From an uncultured Actinomycetes bacterium (GTDB lineage Bacteria; Actinomycetota; Actinomycetes; S36-B12; UBA10799), in assembly GCA_963842975.1 (NCBI GenBank), contig CAWJIH010000007.1, positions 109 to 64,108 on the forward strand: a DNA stretch of 64,000 bases. The letters are read 5' to 3'. This document shows, piece by piece, positions 19,548 to 30,431 of the stretch. The notes under the pieces were generated by a model. The model made no database searches, had not been told where the DNA came from, and was given only the letters and a program-made list of their open reading frames with translations. Position 1 is the stretch's first letter, and every line of letters begins with the position of its first letter. The translations under genes and the position numbers were made by a program.

Positions 19548-21374
19548 CTAGGCCGGGCGCTTCCAGACTTGGCATGCGATCTTCGCGAGCTGGCCGGATC
19601 GCCTGTCGATTTCCTCCTCGTTCCAGATCTCATTCGCCACGATCTCGGCGTTGAGGGCCAAGACGGACTGCTTGCGCAGGGCCTCTCGCTTCTTGGTCCA
19701 CGCGGCGTTGCTCATTGAGGGGTTGAGGGCCTTCGTCACCAGCGTGAGGTTCCCGATGCGATTGACGTGGCGCTCGCGATTGTCCGTGGCCACGATCTTG
19801 GCTGCAGTGTCGGACCCTGAAACCGGCCACCTCGACTTCCAGGACCGTGGCATCACGTGCTCAATTGTCAGGGAGTCGTAGTCGAAGTGGGCATGCTCGC
19901 TCTTGCTCCGTCCTCGCTGCATATGGGCATCGATGGGGCCGAGAATCATGCGAATGCGCTCCTGGCTGACGCTGCCGTAGTAGCGCCTATCGGTGAACGA
20001 TTCCGCTAAATCCTTGTCAGTCGGCCAGTCCAATCCGTAAGGCTTGTTGAGCAGGCCTTGCACAACAGCCTCGGCCAAGTCGTCTTGTGGGCCAGCTGAT
20101 TTGGCGTGTTTGAGCACCTCCAGGAACGCCCGACCATATCCGCGAGTCTGCCCGCCCGCGATGAGTCGCCTCGTGACGAACGAGTCGATCGCCTCTGCTG
20201 CCCGTACGTGCTGTTCTTGTGGGAGCCGTTCCGGCGCTATGGTCCGCAACCAAGCCAGCAGTGGGACTGCGGTTGTGACACCGAGCTTTTCCATCCGGCG
20301 ATAGACCTCAGCGATGGCCGGAGGCATGTCGTTGGGACGCTCGTAGATCTGTCGGTACTCGCGTGCAAGATCATGGATGCTGGACAGGATCTCGGGCAGC
20401 TTCTCGGTGGTGTCGCGCAGATATACCCGGGCCTCTCCGTAGAGGTGCCCCAGGTTGACTTCGTCGGCCGTTTGGATGGTCAGCCAGGTGGCGAGAAGCT
20501 GGTCTCGCCGACCGCGGGACGCGTGTCCTCGCCCGATGTTCCCGCCCCACCAGTCCTGGTCGAAGGGTGCCCAATATCTGTCGTACAGTTCATCCACCTC
20601 AGCCTCACTGACCTCCGCGCGCATGAACAGGAGGTTCTTCACCAAGTCGGCGGCAGAGAGAGGAGTCTGCCGGCCATTCAGGACCTCGAAGATCAGCTGT
20701 GCATCGTCGAGGTTCTCGAGGTAAACCACGACTAGCTTGATCTTGTGTGCCAGCGCGTCCACGAGTGCGCCAAAGAATTTCTGGGCGTCTGTGCCAGCTG
20801 CGCCTGCGCTGTCGGCCGCGGCCTTGATCCGGTCCGCAAAGTACTGGCGTGCGGCGACATAGCGGTGTTCGGAGGTCGGGGTCGGACTCATGGCAGAAAC
20901 CCACTGTTGCCGGTCACGTCGGCGCGGCCAGAGTTTGTAGACCTCCTCTTCGTCGATGACGTCGTCTTCGTCGAGAAAGACCAGTTTGTGCACTTGCCGG
21001 GCACGGCGCTTCAGAGAATCGTCGATCATCGCATCAAGCAGGCCTCTGAGCAGCAAGTAGATAGTTGTGAGCCTTTGCTGCCCATCGATAACCCATGCTT
21101 CCTGGACGTGTGCACCTCGTGCTTGGAGCACCTGGAGGACGATCGCACCGAGGAAGTGAGGGGCCACCGTGGCGTCATCGTTGGTGGGATCGGCGCCACG
21201 TGCCTCGGCGGTCTCCCGAGCCCTGACCAGCCGGTCGGTCACATCAAGCACGTCGTCCATGAGGAGTTCCCATTGGCCCTCCTCGGTCCATTCGTAGTCA
21301 CGCTGATAGGTGGGGATCAGGTGTCGTCGATCCAGGTTCAGCAACCCACCCAGCGCCACGTCTTCAGCCTTCAT
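19548..21374 (-). CDS. gmrSD: GmrSD-family (DUF262 + DUF1524) modification-dependent type IV restriction endonuclease
   Basis: IPTYQRDYEW, VIDGQQRLTT, IFEVLNGR..PLS, TIEHVMP and NRIGNLTLV...NPSMSN. Confidence 0.92.
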   Translation of the reverse strand: MKAEDVALGGLLNLDRRHLIPTYQRDYEWTEEGQWELLMDDVLDVTDRLVRARETAEARGADPTNDDATVAPHFLGAIVLQVLQARGAHVQEAWVIDGQQRLTTIYLLLRGLLDAMIDDSLKRRARQVHKLVFLDEDDVIDEEEVYKLWPRRRDRQQWVSAMSPTPTSEHRYVAARQYFADRIKAAADSAGAAGTDAQKFFGALVDALAHKIKLVVVYLENLDDAQLIFEVLNGRQTPLSAADLVKNLLFMRAEVSEAEVDELYDRYWAPFDQDWWGGNIGRGHASRGRRDQLLATWLTIQTADEVNLGHLYGEARVYLRDTTEKLPEILSSIHDLAREYRQIYERPNDMPPAIAEVYRRMEKLGVTTAVPLLAWLRTIAPERLPQEQHVRAAEAIDSFVTRRLIAGGQTRGYGRAFLEVLKHAKSAGPQDDLAEAVVQGLLNKPYGLDWPTDKDLAESFTDRRYYGSVSQERIRMILGPIDAHMQRGRSKSEHAHFDYDSLTIEHVMPRSWKSRWPVSGSDTAAKIVATDNRERHVNRIGNLTLVTKALNPSMSNAAWTKKREALRKQSVLALNAEIVANEIWNEEEIDRRSGQLAKIACQVWKRPA

Positions 21375-24300
21375 CAGCCATCACCCAATCCCGTCCCTGC
21401 ACGGCCATCCAGGCGATCAGGTGCACATCGCTCGGTTCTAGATGCTCCAGGGGTTCAGCACCCATGACGGGCTGCAAGCCCGCCGCCTCCACCAGCTCCT
21501 TGACCATGCGTATCTTCTCGCCGGGTTCCACGTCGCTTCGCATCGCGTTGCGAACCTCGCGCAGTACCCGTTCGGGCGGATTGGCGTTGAGGCGGTTGGA
21601 GAGCTCACGCTGCTCGCCTGGGGAGAGCACGAGTGCGCCATGGTCGGCCACTAGGTCAGCAGCGTCCCGCAGCGCCTTTGGCACATCGGGCAGCAACGCT
21701 GCCGGGTCGGTCAACTTCAGCCAGTCGCCCAATGCGGCGCTGCTAGCGATGCCCCATGCCTCGAAGGCCCCCTCGAATGCAGAGTCGGGGAGGTCACGAA
21801 GCGTATCCGGGACGCCCGGATCGGCCGTGATCAGGCAGGTTAAGGTGTCGTCGTCAATGATCGGCCGTTGTGTCGCTGAGGCGTCAGTCCCGGTCTCCGG
21901 GTCAGTATCAAACCAACCCTCGCCAGCCATCTCCTCGGTCGCCGGCCGCCAGGTGCCAGGCTCCACAGGGACGAACCTGAACCAGGGCGTGTCGTGCTCT
22001 CCCATCTTGATGCAGAAGACGTATCCGCTGCGGGCGGCTCGGGGGTTCACAAAGCCACTGCCGGACATCCAGGGCAGCTCCTCGACGGCTTGTGCCGTGA
22101 ACGGATCGGCCAGAGCTTGGGCCAGCCGGCGTCGATATTCCTCACCTGATAGGGCCGCAGAGGCTCCGCCGTTTTCGAAGAGCTGTGGATTCTCAGCGCG
22201 CAGTTGCTCAATTTGCTCGCGAGTGTCTCGCAGGTTGACCTCGAATTTGCTGTGGAAGCCCGGCAGCACCTCGCCGGTGCCGATTGCCGCGTCTGCGTAG
22301 GCCAGCTTGCGTTGCAGCGCCTCCTCGAGCCCCAGAAGTGCATCCAGGTGCTGCGACGGGAAGAAGCAGCCCAGAACGACCGTCGCATGTTTGCTACCGA
22401 TGCGATCGATCCGTCCGTGGCGTTGCACCAGGCGCATCGGGTTCCAGGGCAAGTCGTAGTTGATGATCCGCCCGGCCTGCTGCAGGTTGACGCCTTCGGA
22501 GAGCACGTCGGTGGTGAACAGCAGGTCGAACACGTCCTCGCTCAAGGGGGTGCCGTCCGGCGCCAATTTTCCCGCGGTCTCAGGAGCGAAACCGGCAAGC
22601 ACTCGTGCCCGGTGACCCTGGTCCACACCCGTCTTCTGACCCTTGATGGTGTCGGCTATGCGGTCACGGTAATCCGAGAGCGGATCGTCATCGGGTGCGG
22701 CTGCGACGGCCGCCGATACCCGCTCTGCGACGTCGTCGATGGTGTCCGCATAGGACGAGAAGATCAGTACCTTTCTGCGCGCGGACGAGGAGAGGCCAGT
22801 ACGGTCAGTCGACCGAGCTTCGGTGGCGATGGATCTCAATTCCTCCACCAGTCGCTCAGCTTTTGGGTCCGCGCCAGTGCAGGCGACGTCGGCCAGCTCG
22901 CGCAATTTCTCCAGCAACACCAAATCGGCCTCGACGTCGTCGTAGAGCGCGTCACCGTGGTAGTCCTCGATGTCGGTCACACCCTCGGCTGCGTCGGTGT
23001 CAAGGGAGGCAACCCACTGATCGAGGTCCTCGTCCTCGCTGCCCGTCCAGTCGCGCAGGGCCGTGCCGGTCAGGACGTAGCCCTCATTGACGGCCGCAAG
23101 GAATTGCCGGTGGCCGGCTAGCAGAGTGCCCAAGGTGCGACGCAGCGCCGCGGGGCTGGACTCCAAACGCTTCAGGAGTGCCGATCGCAGCAGCCCGCTG
23201 TTGGAGATCTGGTAGTTGGCGAGCTCGCCGTCAAGCAAGTAGGCGCTCGGCGTGTAGCGCGCCAGCATCAATCGTCCGGGGTCGGCCTGACGATCTGCGT
23301 AGGGTGACACAAGAGGGGCGTGATCTGGAACCTCCAGCGCGTAAACCATGGCGTCCAACAGCGCGGCACCGGCCTCGTCGAGCTCGTAGTCCACGCGCTT
23401 GGCCCGTGGCGTCGGGAAGCGGATAGTTGCTTTCGAACCATCCGGCATTGTGATCTCATCGTTGGGGTAGAACTGTTTGACGAACTTGCGGGTGCGACGC
23501 ACAGCCACCTGGTCCATCAGGTCGAAGAGGTGCTCGGGCGACAGCGAATCCGGCTCCATCGATTGGGCTTCGCGAATGTAGTCGCGGATACTCGGAATCC
23601 CCAAGCCCACAAAAGCCGCGTCGTCTCGCACGAAATACCCGATGAGCGTGTGCAGGTCCATCAGCGAGTTGTTCACGGGGGTTGCGGTGAGCAAGACGAC
23701 CTTCTTTGGGTTCAGTCCCGCCACGAGCCGGTATACCGCCGCTGATCGCTGCGCGTTGGGGTTGCGCAGGTTGTGGGCTTCGTCGATCACCACGAGCGCG
23801 TAGTCGTCGAGCTCCTCAAGGAACTGCTCATGGTCGGGGTTGTCCTCGGCGCTCTTGAGTCGCAACTCGTCGTAGGACATGACATCGACCCGGCGGGAGA
23901 AGTCGAACCGTCGCAGGAACGGCTCCCACATGCTTTCCTTCAACGCAGCTGGGCACACGATAAGCACCTGCTGTCGGTCGATGCTGGCGGCTCTGGCGAT
24001 CACTTCGCCCGCCAGGAACGTTTTGCCCAGCCCAACCTCGTCGGCTACCAGGACGCCACCGAGGGACTCCAGAAGTCGAGTCATCCGGGCCACACCATCG
24101 AGCTGGAATCCCGTGAGGTCCAACACTGTTCGTGGCGATCCTCATCGCCCATGGAATCCGCGTAGAGCTCCTTGAGCATGCGAATGAAGACGATCCATGG
24201 GTCGTGCGGTTCCCACGTGGCCTCGTAGATCGCCGCAAGGTCGTAGGGTTCGGACTGGTTCCACAGTTCGTCGAACCACTCGCGCACGAGCTGGACGTAG

Positions 24301-24884
24301 CCGCCGCTGCCGGCGGGGTAGCCTAGGTTGAGTTCAGCGTTGCTGCTCAGGCCGGCACGGGTGAAGTTGCTGGAGCCTGCCAGCACGGCGGGTAAGGCGT
24401 CGTGGTCGGCGATGTAGGCCTTGCCGTGCAGGAAACCCTCGGTGAAGCGACGGACTTCCACCATTGGGCTGCCATCCCCACTTCTGCTTTCAGCCAGGCA
24501 AGGAAGCGCGCTGTTACTTCCACGTTCTCGCGGCTGAAGCCAAGGAGATCACGTTCCATGGCGAGCCAATGCAGGTGATTCTCAAGGGCGTCGTCAAGTT
24601 TGTCGTCGCGGTCGGCTGAGGACAATTCGATCGCGCGGTCAGTGGCGGGGTCGGGTTCCGCACCCAAGAGAAGCCGCACACGGGGAGTCTCTCCAGCTCG
24701 GCAGCCAGCAGCGAGAAGCCGCCGGGGTTGATGTAGGCCGTTGCGATGGACACGTCGGGCGGGTTGGCGAGCTGCTCGCGCATGCCTTTGAGCATGCGGT
24801 TGATCTCGCCTGCAACCGTCTCACCGCGGTCATGCCGGTTGGTGGCGAAGACCGGGGGAAGGTTGAAAGGTGGTCGTCAGTCAT
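21364..24884 (-). CDS. PLD-nuclease/SNF2-helicase fusion (DrmD-like helicase), four frameshifts in the 5' 800 bp
   Basis: IATAYINPGG; HKD-like LHGKAY...GSSNFT.AGL..N.ELN; ADEVGLGKT, DEAHNLRN, TATPVNN, SEGVNLQ and QRHGRIDRIG. Start overlaps the methylase stop. Confidence 0.85.
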
Positions 24885-27800
24885 CCGTGGTCCCCGAGGT
24901 TGTGGTCCAGTTGTCGAAGTGGGTCAGGGCAGCATCTAGCCGTGGCCGGTAGTCCCAGCCCACGTGGAAGGTTTCGAAGATGTGGGTGAACTGTTCACGG
25001 GTTAGGCCGTAGAGAAGGCCGACGAGGGCATCGAGTTCGGCGATGAGGTCGTCCTTCTCGGCCTGATCCGTCACCGATCCGACCGGTACACCGACTTCGG
25101 CGGCCCATGCCTCGTATCGGTCATCCACCGCAGCAAGGCGGCCGGAGATCTCAACGACGCGCTGCCTAAGGGGATCGTCGCCGCGGGCCGCGGGACAGGG
25201 AAAGCGCTCAAGGAGAGTGAAACTCATTGTGGTCTCCACGAATCGTCGGGCGTACCAGTCAATCGGCAGACTGCGACATGACACCAAGTAGAAAGGCCTC
25301 GTCCTTCGGCCAGCCCTCGCTGCTTGAACAGGTACGGCGCCTTGTGCACCACTGCGACCCCGGGTGGAATCAGAGCGCACAGCAGCGTGCGTGAGTCGGT
25401 GGCCCGTGCCACGTCACGGAAAGCGATTCGTGCGCGCTTCATCGGCAGCGTCTCCGGATCATTGGCCCACTCTCGGCGCATCCCGTAGAAGGCGGAGGAT
25501 GCCAGCCTGATCTGCCGTTGCCGCCTGGCCTGCAGTAGGGCCTCGATTTCGGCTGGGTTGGCATAGGCATAAGGCTGACCGAAGTCTGGGTCCCAGAGGT
25601 TGAAACTTGCCCCAGTCAGTACCGGGAGGGTGTGGTCCTCTGCGGGATGCTGCACGTCGAAGTCGAAGTACGCCTTCTCTTTTGTCGTATCCGTTTCCCG
25701 GTGTGGGCGGAACTTCCACCCGCCTGTTTCGCTCCCGAAGTTCGGATGTGTCCGCATCTGCGCGAAGATCGGTAGGGATTCGGCATCAGGCAGAAGTGGA
25801 AACGCAGCTGTGTCTGTCCAGCTGAGGACCTCCTCTGCGGGAAAGGTAGAGACGGCAGCCGGGTCGGCCATGCCAGCGAGAAACGCCTCGCGGGAGTTGT
25901 AGGGACCCTGTAGTGCCACCGTCCGGGTGCCGGTGCCGCCGCGCCTGTAGGAGAGAGCAGACACCGTGTACTGAGGGTGAATCGATGGGAAAACCCACTG
26001 GCGATTATTGACGACCATCGCCAGATCGACGATGTCGCCATCTCGCATCAGTTCTCGGCGCCATAAGGCACAGGCGGATCCGGCGAATGCTGTGCGCGGG
26101 AGCACGACGCCGATCATTCCGCCGAACCGGATGCCGTTCAGGAAGCGCCATGCGAAAGCCGCCATGAGATCTATGTCACCTGCACCAATCCCAGGGTAGG
26201 GACCCGCCTTGACCAAAGCTGCGGTCGCCTTCGCCTGGGCAAGTTCGCTTTCGTAGGCAGCCCCAAGGTCGGGACGTTCGGCCTCATAGGACGCGATCGC
26301 TTCGTTCTTGTCCTTCTGGCTCATCGACCTAAGACCAGGAAAGCGAACAGCCCACCACGCGTGCGTCTCAACCTTGAGCTTCTCCCAAGGCGGATTCCCG
26401 AGGATGACGTCGAAGCCCGGGTTCTCGCGGAGGAAGACTTCGGGAAATAGGTAGGGGAGGTGCGCCGGATCCGCAGCTGCGACCTCCTTCGCCACCGCTC
26501 GTTCGGTGGCCAATTCTTGGAGGTCTGCGGCCTCGGTGACTGAGCCCGGGTCGATAAGGTTGAGCCGGGTGGCGACCACGGCATCGAACAGAAGCTTGGC
26601 CGGCTCGGCTGTAGCCATTGCCTCACGAATGGCCTCGGCATTGTGACGCGCGTCCGCTTTCGTCGCCTCTGCCGAGTTGGATGCCTCGACCAGAAGCTCC
26701 CGAGCGGCGTTGAGTTCATCCCGGATGGCGTCGCTGTATATCGATAATTGGCCCCCAGTTGCACCTGGATCCAGAACGCCGAGCGCTTCCTCAATGGTGC
26801 CGACCCCGGTGAGGGAGTTGCCCGCGACGAGGTTGTGGTCCAGCGTGCTCATCGGAAGGCCCGGAACGAACGTGGTGATCCAGATGGCCAGGCGAGCGAG
26901 CTCGACAGCCATGGGGTTGATGTCAAGGCCGTAGATGCATCGGCGGGCGATTTGACGGCGCAGCAGTTGCGCGGGGTCAACCTCATCTGCCGCGGAATCG
27001 TCACCGAGCGCGGCTCTGGCCGCCTCGTCAAGAGCCCTCAGCTCGTCAGCGATGGACGGCAGCGGGTGCTCGGTGAGGAAGTCGCGCATGGCGGCTTCGA
27101 GGTGGTCTATGGCGGCGGTGAGGAAATGCGCTGAACCCATGGAGAGGTCGGCGACGCGGAAGTCGAAGAACGCCGCAGACGCCGCCGCCTCGTCGCCATC
27201 GTCCATGAGCGTCTGGATGCGTTCAAGGTGAGCAGTCAAGGCGGGATCGAGTGAGCGCTCCAGCAGGTGCTCAACGATGATGTGCGGCGTGAAGTAGGTT
27301 CCGGTGGCCTTGCGTTCGCCGGACTTGGAGTGGAAGTAGACCCCGCCTGCCGGGATAACAACCTCTTCGCCAGGCTTGGGGGGTGCATAGATCTCCTTGG
27401 TCTTGCCCTTCTCCTTGACAGTTGTGACCGTCAAGTCGCTAGGTGCGAGGGAGAGCGAGGACTCCAGCAGCCCCTCGTAGATGGTGCCGAATTCCCGAAC
27501 CGACAGCGAGCGGAAGTCGACGGGCCCTGCACCGCCTCCTGTGAGGTCATCAACGAGAAGGGCCCTGAGTACGGGTCCCATGACATCGTTGCTGATCCGG
27601 ATGGAGTCCAGCAGGGCTCCCTCGGCGTGAAGGTCGGCATCTGTGCCAAAGAGACCGCCGTTGTAGGCGGGTACGTTCCAGTCCTTGTCGCCGGAGTCGA
27701 TGACCCTCCACACCTGAGCGAGGTCGTCCCAGAGCGAAGTTGAGTCTGCCTCGAATGCCTGGTGTGGGTTGGCAGCCAAGTCTTTCGCGCGGGTCTTGAG

Positions 27801-28970
27801 TGCGTGGCGGTCGTACTGCTCGTTGCGCCCGTAGGGAAGCAACTGGGAGTCTTCCGCGTAGGCCTGAAACAGCAGACGAAACAGGACCTTCAAGCTCAGG
27901 CGGTAGGCGAGGTCAAGTTGGTCCTGGGTCAGCTCGTCGCCTGTATGTGCGGCGAGGGCCTTGGCTACCGCTTCCGACAAGCGAGGCATGATTTCTTCGT
28001 AGACCCGCGCACGTAGTCGCTCGCCCAGGGCGACGGCGTACTGGGACGAGCCGTCGAGAATCTGCTGAGTGCTACCGCCGGGAGCAAGTGCGGCTGCTGA
28101 GAACACAAGCGGCAACAGGGCTGCCTGCTCGGCGTCGATGACGGCAAGGTCAATCTCGAACCAAGTGTCGGCCTGGCCGCGCTGTCCCACCCCGACGCCC
28201 GGTCGGGCGGGGTGCAATCGCAGCCGGGAGCCCCGCATGACGATCAGCCATGGCACTTCCTGCTTGGCTGCGACGTTTAGCCCCCAGGCAACGGGGGAGA
28301 CGCCGAATCGAGGTGCCCGGGCATCGAATTGCTCGTCAGCTTGCAGGAGTACCGCGACTGCCCTGGGGACCTCGTCGGACGACAGCAGCAGGGCCTGACC
28401 GGCCGTGCGTCTGGTGGAGTAGCCGAGCGCCTTGATGAGCGGCTCGTCGCTGAGGCTCAGGAGTTCACCTGCTTGCGTGCGAGCCTGGGCCCAGTCGGCG
28501 CGATTGGGGACTGACATGTCGAGGAAGTGGCGGGCGAAGAGACCCTCGTTCGTGACGCCCGCGTTGCTGGACGATGTCGCTGCCTTGACCAGGGCGGACA
28601 TCCTGTGCCGGGCGGCTAGCCGGTCAGGCTCGTCCAAAGCAGCCTGCAGGACCCGCAGGGCCTGAGCCCGGCTCAACGCGACGGGTGTCATCTCAACTTC
28701 GGGCCCCAGAAGCCACGCCGTGGTGTCGTTGAAGAGTGCAACCACGAGAGGAAAGGCCTTCTTGCCCTTGCGCAAAGAGTGAAGCTTGCGAAGCAGGTCT
28801 CGTGAGGGCTCCCCTTGACCCTTCCACGCGGCAAGGGCAACTTGAAGCCCGACGTTCTGCTGATCGGGGCCAGTGACGATTGAGAGGGGTCTGAGGCTCG
28901 CGGGCGGGGAGGGAACTACCCATGCAATCGGTTTGCTGGCACCCGTCAATCCGTATGTCTCGATGGCCAT
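24877..28970 (-). CDS. Eco57I/type IIG-like N6-adenine DNA methyltransferase, frameshifted near 25270-25310
   Basis: YFTPHII, ADLSMGSAHFL (motif I variant), IYGLDINP and GFDVILGNPPW (motif IV). The C-terminus (DWYARRFVE...ELDALV..LYGL) lies in ORF 24877..25380. Confidence 0.9.
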
Positions 28971-29040
28971 GGTCACGACCCTAGTGCGGAGGCACGACAC
29001 AAAGCCCCGCAATGGAACAGGCAGGGACTGGGACAATTCA

Positions 29041-30309
29041 TCATTCGCCAGGAAGGCCGATCAGGGCCCAAGAAGTGAGCGCGGCCGTGAGGCCTTTGAG
29101 GTTCTGCGAGCGAGCCTGCGGGCCGAAGGTGCCGACGTCGAAGTGCTCCTTCGTAGCCGCTTGACGGTTCCAGATGCTGCGAGCGGTGATCGGTGCCTTC
29201 ATGTGGGGGGAGAGGCGTCGAAAGAAGTCGGTAATCTGGGCGTCTGTGAGCCCCGCCTCGCCGCCGGTGCGGGCCGAAATGTTGTGGTAAACGCCTGCCA
29301 GAACACGCAGCATGGTGACGGACCCGAGCAAGCTCCTCTTGCGCAGGTCCGCGGGCGATAGGCGGCCATCCGCCACCGCGCCGAGGTCTTCGAAGCCAGC
29401 CGTCAGTGAGTCGAGGAAGGCATCTGTGTTGCTGACGAGTTGATCCTCGGTGAACTCGTTCTCGCGTTGTTTGCCGATCCGCCCTACCACCCCCACGTTC
29501 ACGGCGCGGATGATGTCGGCGACGTGCTTGGCCCCAACCAGGTTGGTGTTGGAGCCAACAACTCGGTCGTTTTCCAGGTCTACCCGATTCGTGAGGAGAC
29601 TGTTCTCAAGGACGCGGTCGAGGGAACGGTTGACGATCTTTGTGCTGTCGAACTGCACGCGGATTGCCTGCTTGATGCCGAGGGCATTGTCGGCAACGTC
29701 AAAGAACATCTGTTCGTACTGCTGCGGGAAGCGTTCCTCGTAGACAACAACGGTGAGACTTTCGCCGGTCAGTCGGTCGAGGATTTCCGTGAGGTTGGAG
29801 AGCTCGGCGTCGGCTGTGCTGGCCGCAGACATGTCCCCGCGGTACTCAGCTGCGGCCCGCTGTTCGGTGGCCCTGTCGATCTCGCGACGAAGTTCCTTCA
29901 GGATCCAGCTGAGGCCGAAGATGCGATGTTGGCCGTCGATGATCTTTAGGGTCTCCGAGGCGTTGGCGGGCACTCGCAGATAGCCCAGGGTGAGTCCGCC
30001 AGCAAGGTCGGAGATCTTGTCGAACTTCAGAGTGCCAGCGTCCCTCAGAAGGATCGGGGGAGCCACCCACGCCGGCTTCGCGCGGAGATACTCCCCGAAC
30101 TCCCGAGCGTGCTTCTCGTTTACTCGTCGGTTGCCCGGGGTTGGCCGTGCGGGATCTGGGATCGGCAGGAGTCGTGCTGCGTCCCTGAGCGAGAGGTTGA
30201 ATGTGAGGGTTTGCCGGCCGCCTTGCACCCCGGCGATTGCGAGGTAGGTCTCGACTTCTGTGTGAGGAAGGACCTCGGCAAGATCCGAGACCGTGATTGG
30301 GCCGTCCAT
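29041..30309 (-). CDS. DGQHR-domain (DndB-like, ParB/Srx superfamily) protein
   Basis: IIDGQHR motif, NRRVN..HA..F..YL and QMFFDVADNA. Confidence 0.88.
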   Translation of the reverse strand: MDGPITVSDLAEVLPHTEVETYLAIAGVQGGRQTLTFNLSLRDAARLLPIPDPARPTPGNRRVNEKHAREFGEYLRAKPAWVAPPILLRDAGTLKFDKISDLAGGLTLGYLRVPANASETLKIIDGQHRIFGLSWILKELRREIDRATEQRAAAEYRGDMSAASTADAELSNLTEILDRLTGESLTVVVYEERFPQQYEQMFFDVADNALGIKQAIRVQFDSTKIVNRSLDRVLENSLLTNRVDLENDRVVGSNTNLVGAKHVADIIRAVNVGVVGRIGKQRENEFTEDQLVSNTDAFLDSLTAGFEDLGAVADGRLSPADLRKRSLLGSVTMLRVLAGVYHNISARTGGEAGLTDAQITDFFRRLSPHMKAPITARSIWNRQAATKEHFDVGTFGPQARSQNLKGLTAALTSWALIGLPGE

Positions 30310-30431
30310 GGCGCTCCTAAAAATTTGTTGCCGTCTTGTGGAATAAATAAAATCTTGTTCATGCTACAGTGGTGTCACTGATCGCAACTTAAAGTTACCA
30401 GAACACCGCCGAGGTGGACGAGAGGAAACCC

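Noticed and set aside
29041-30309. Calling a Dnd phosphorothioation system
   Set aside because: Only a DGQHR protein is present; no dndA/C/D/E.
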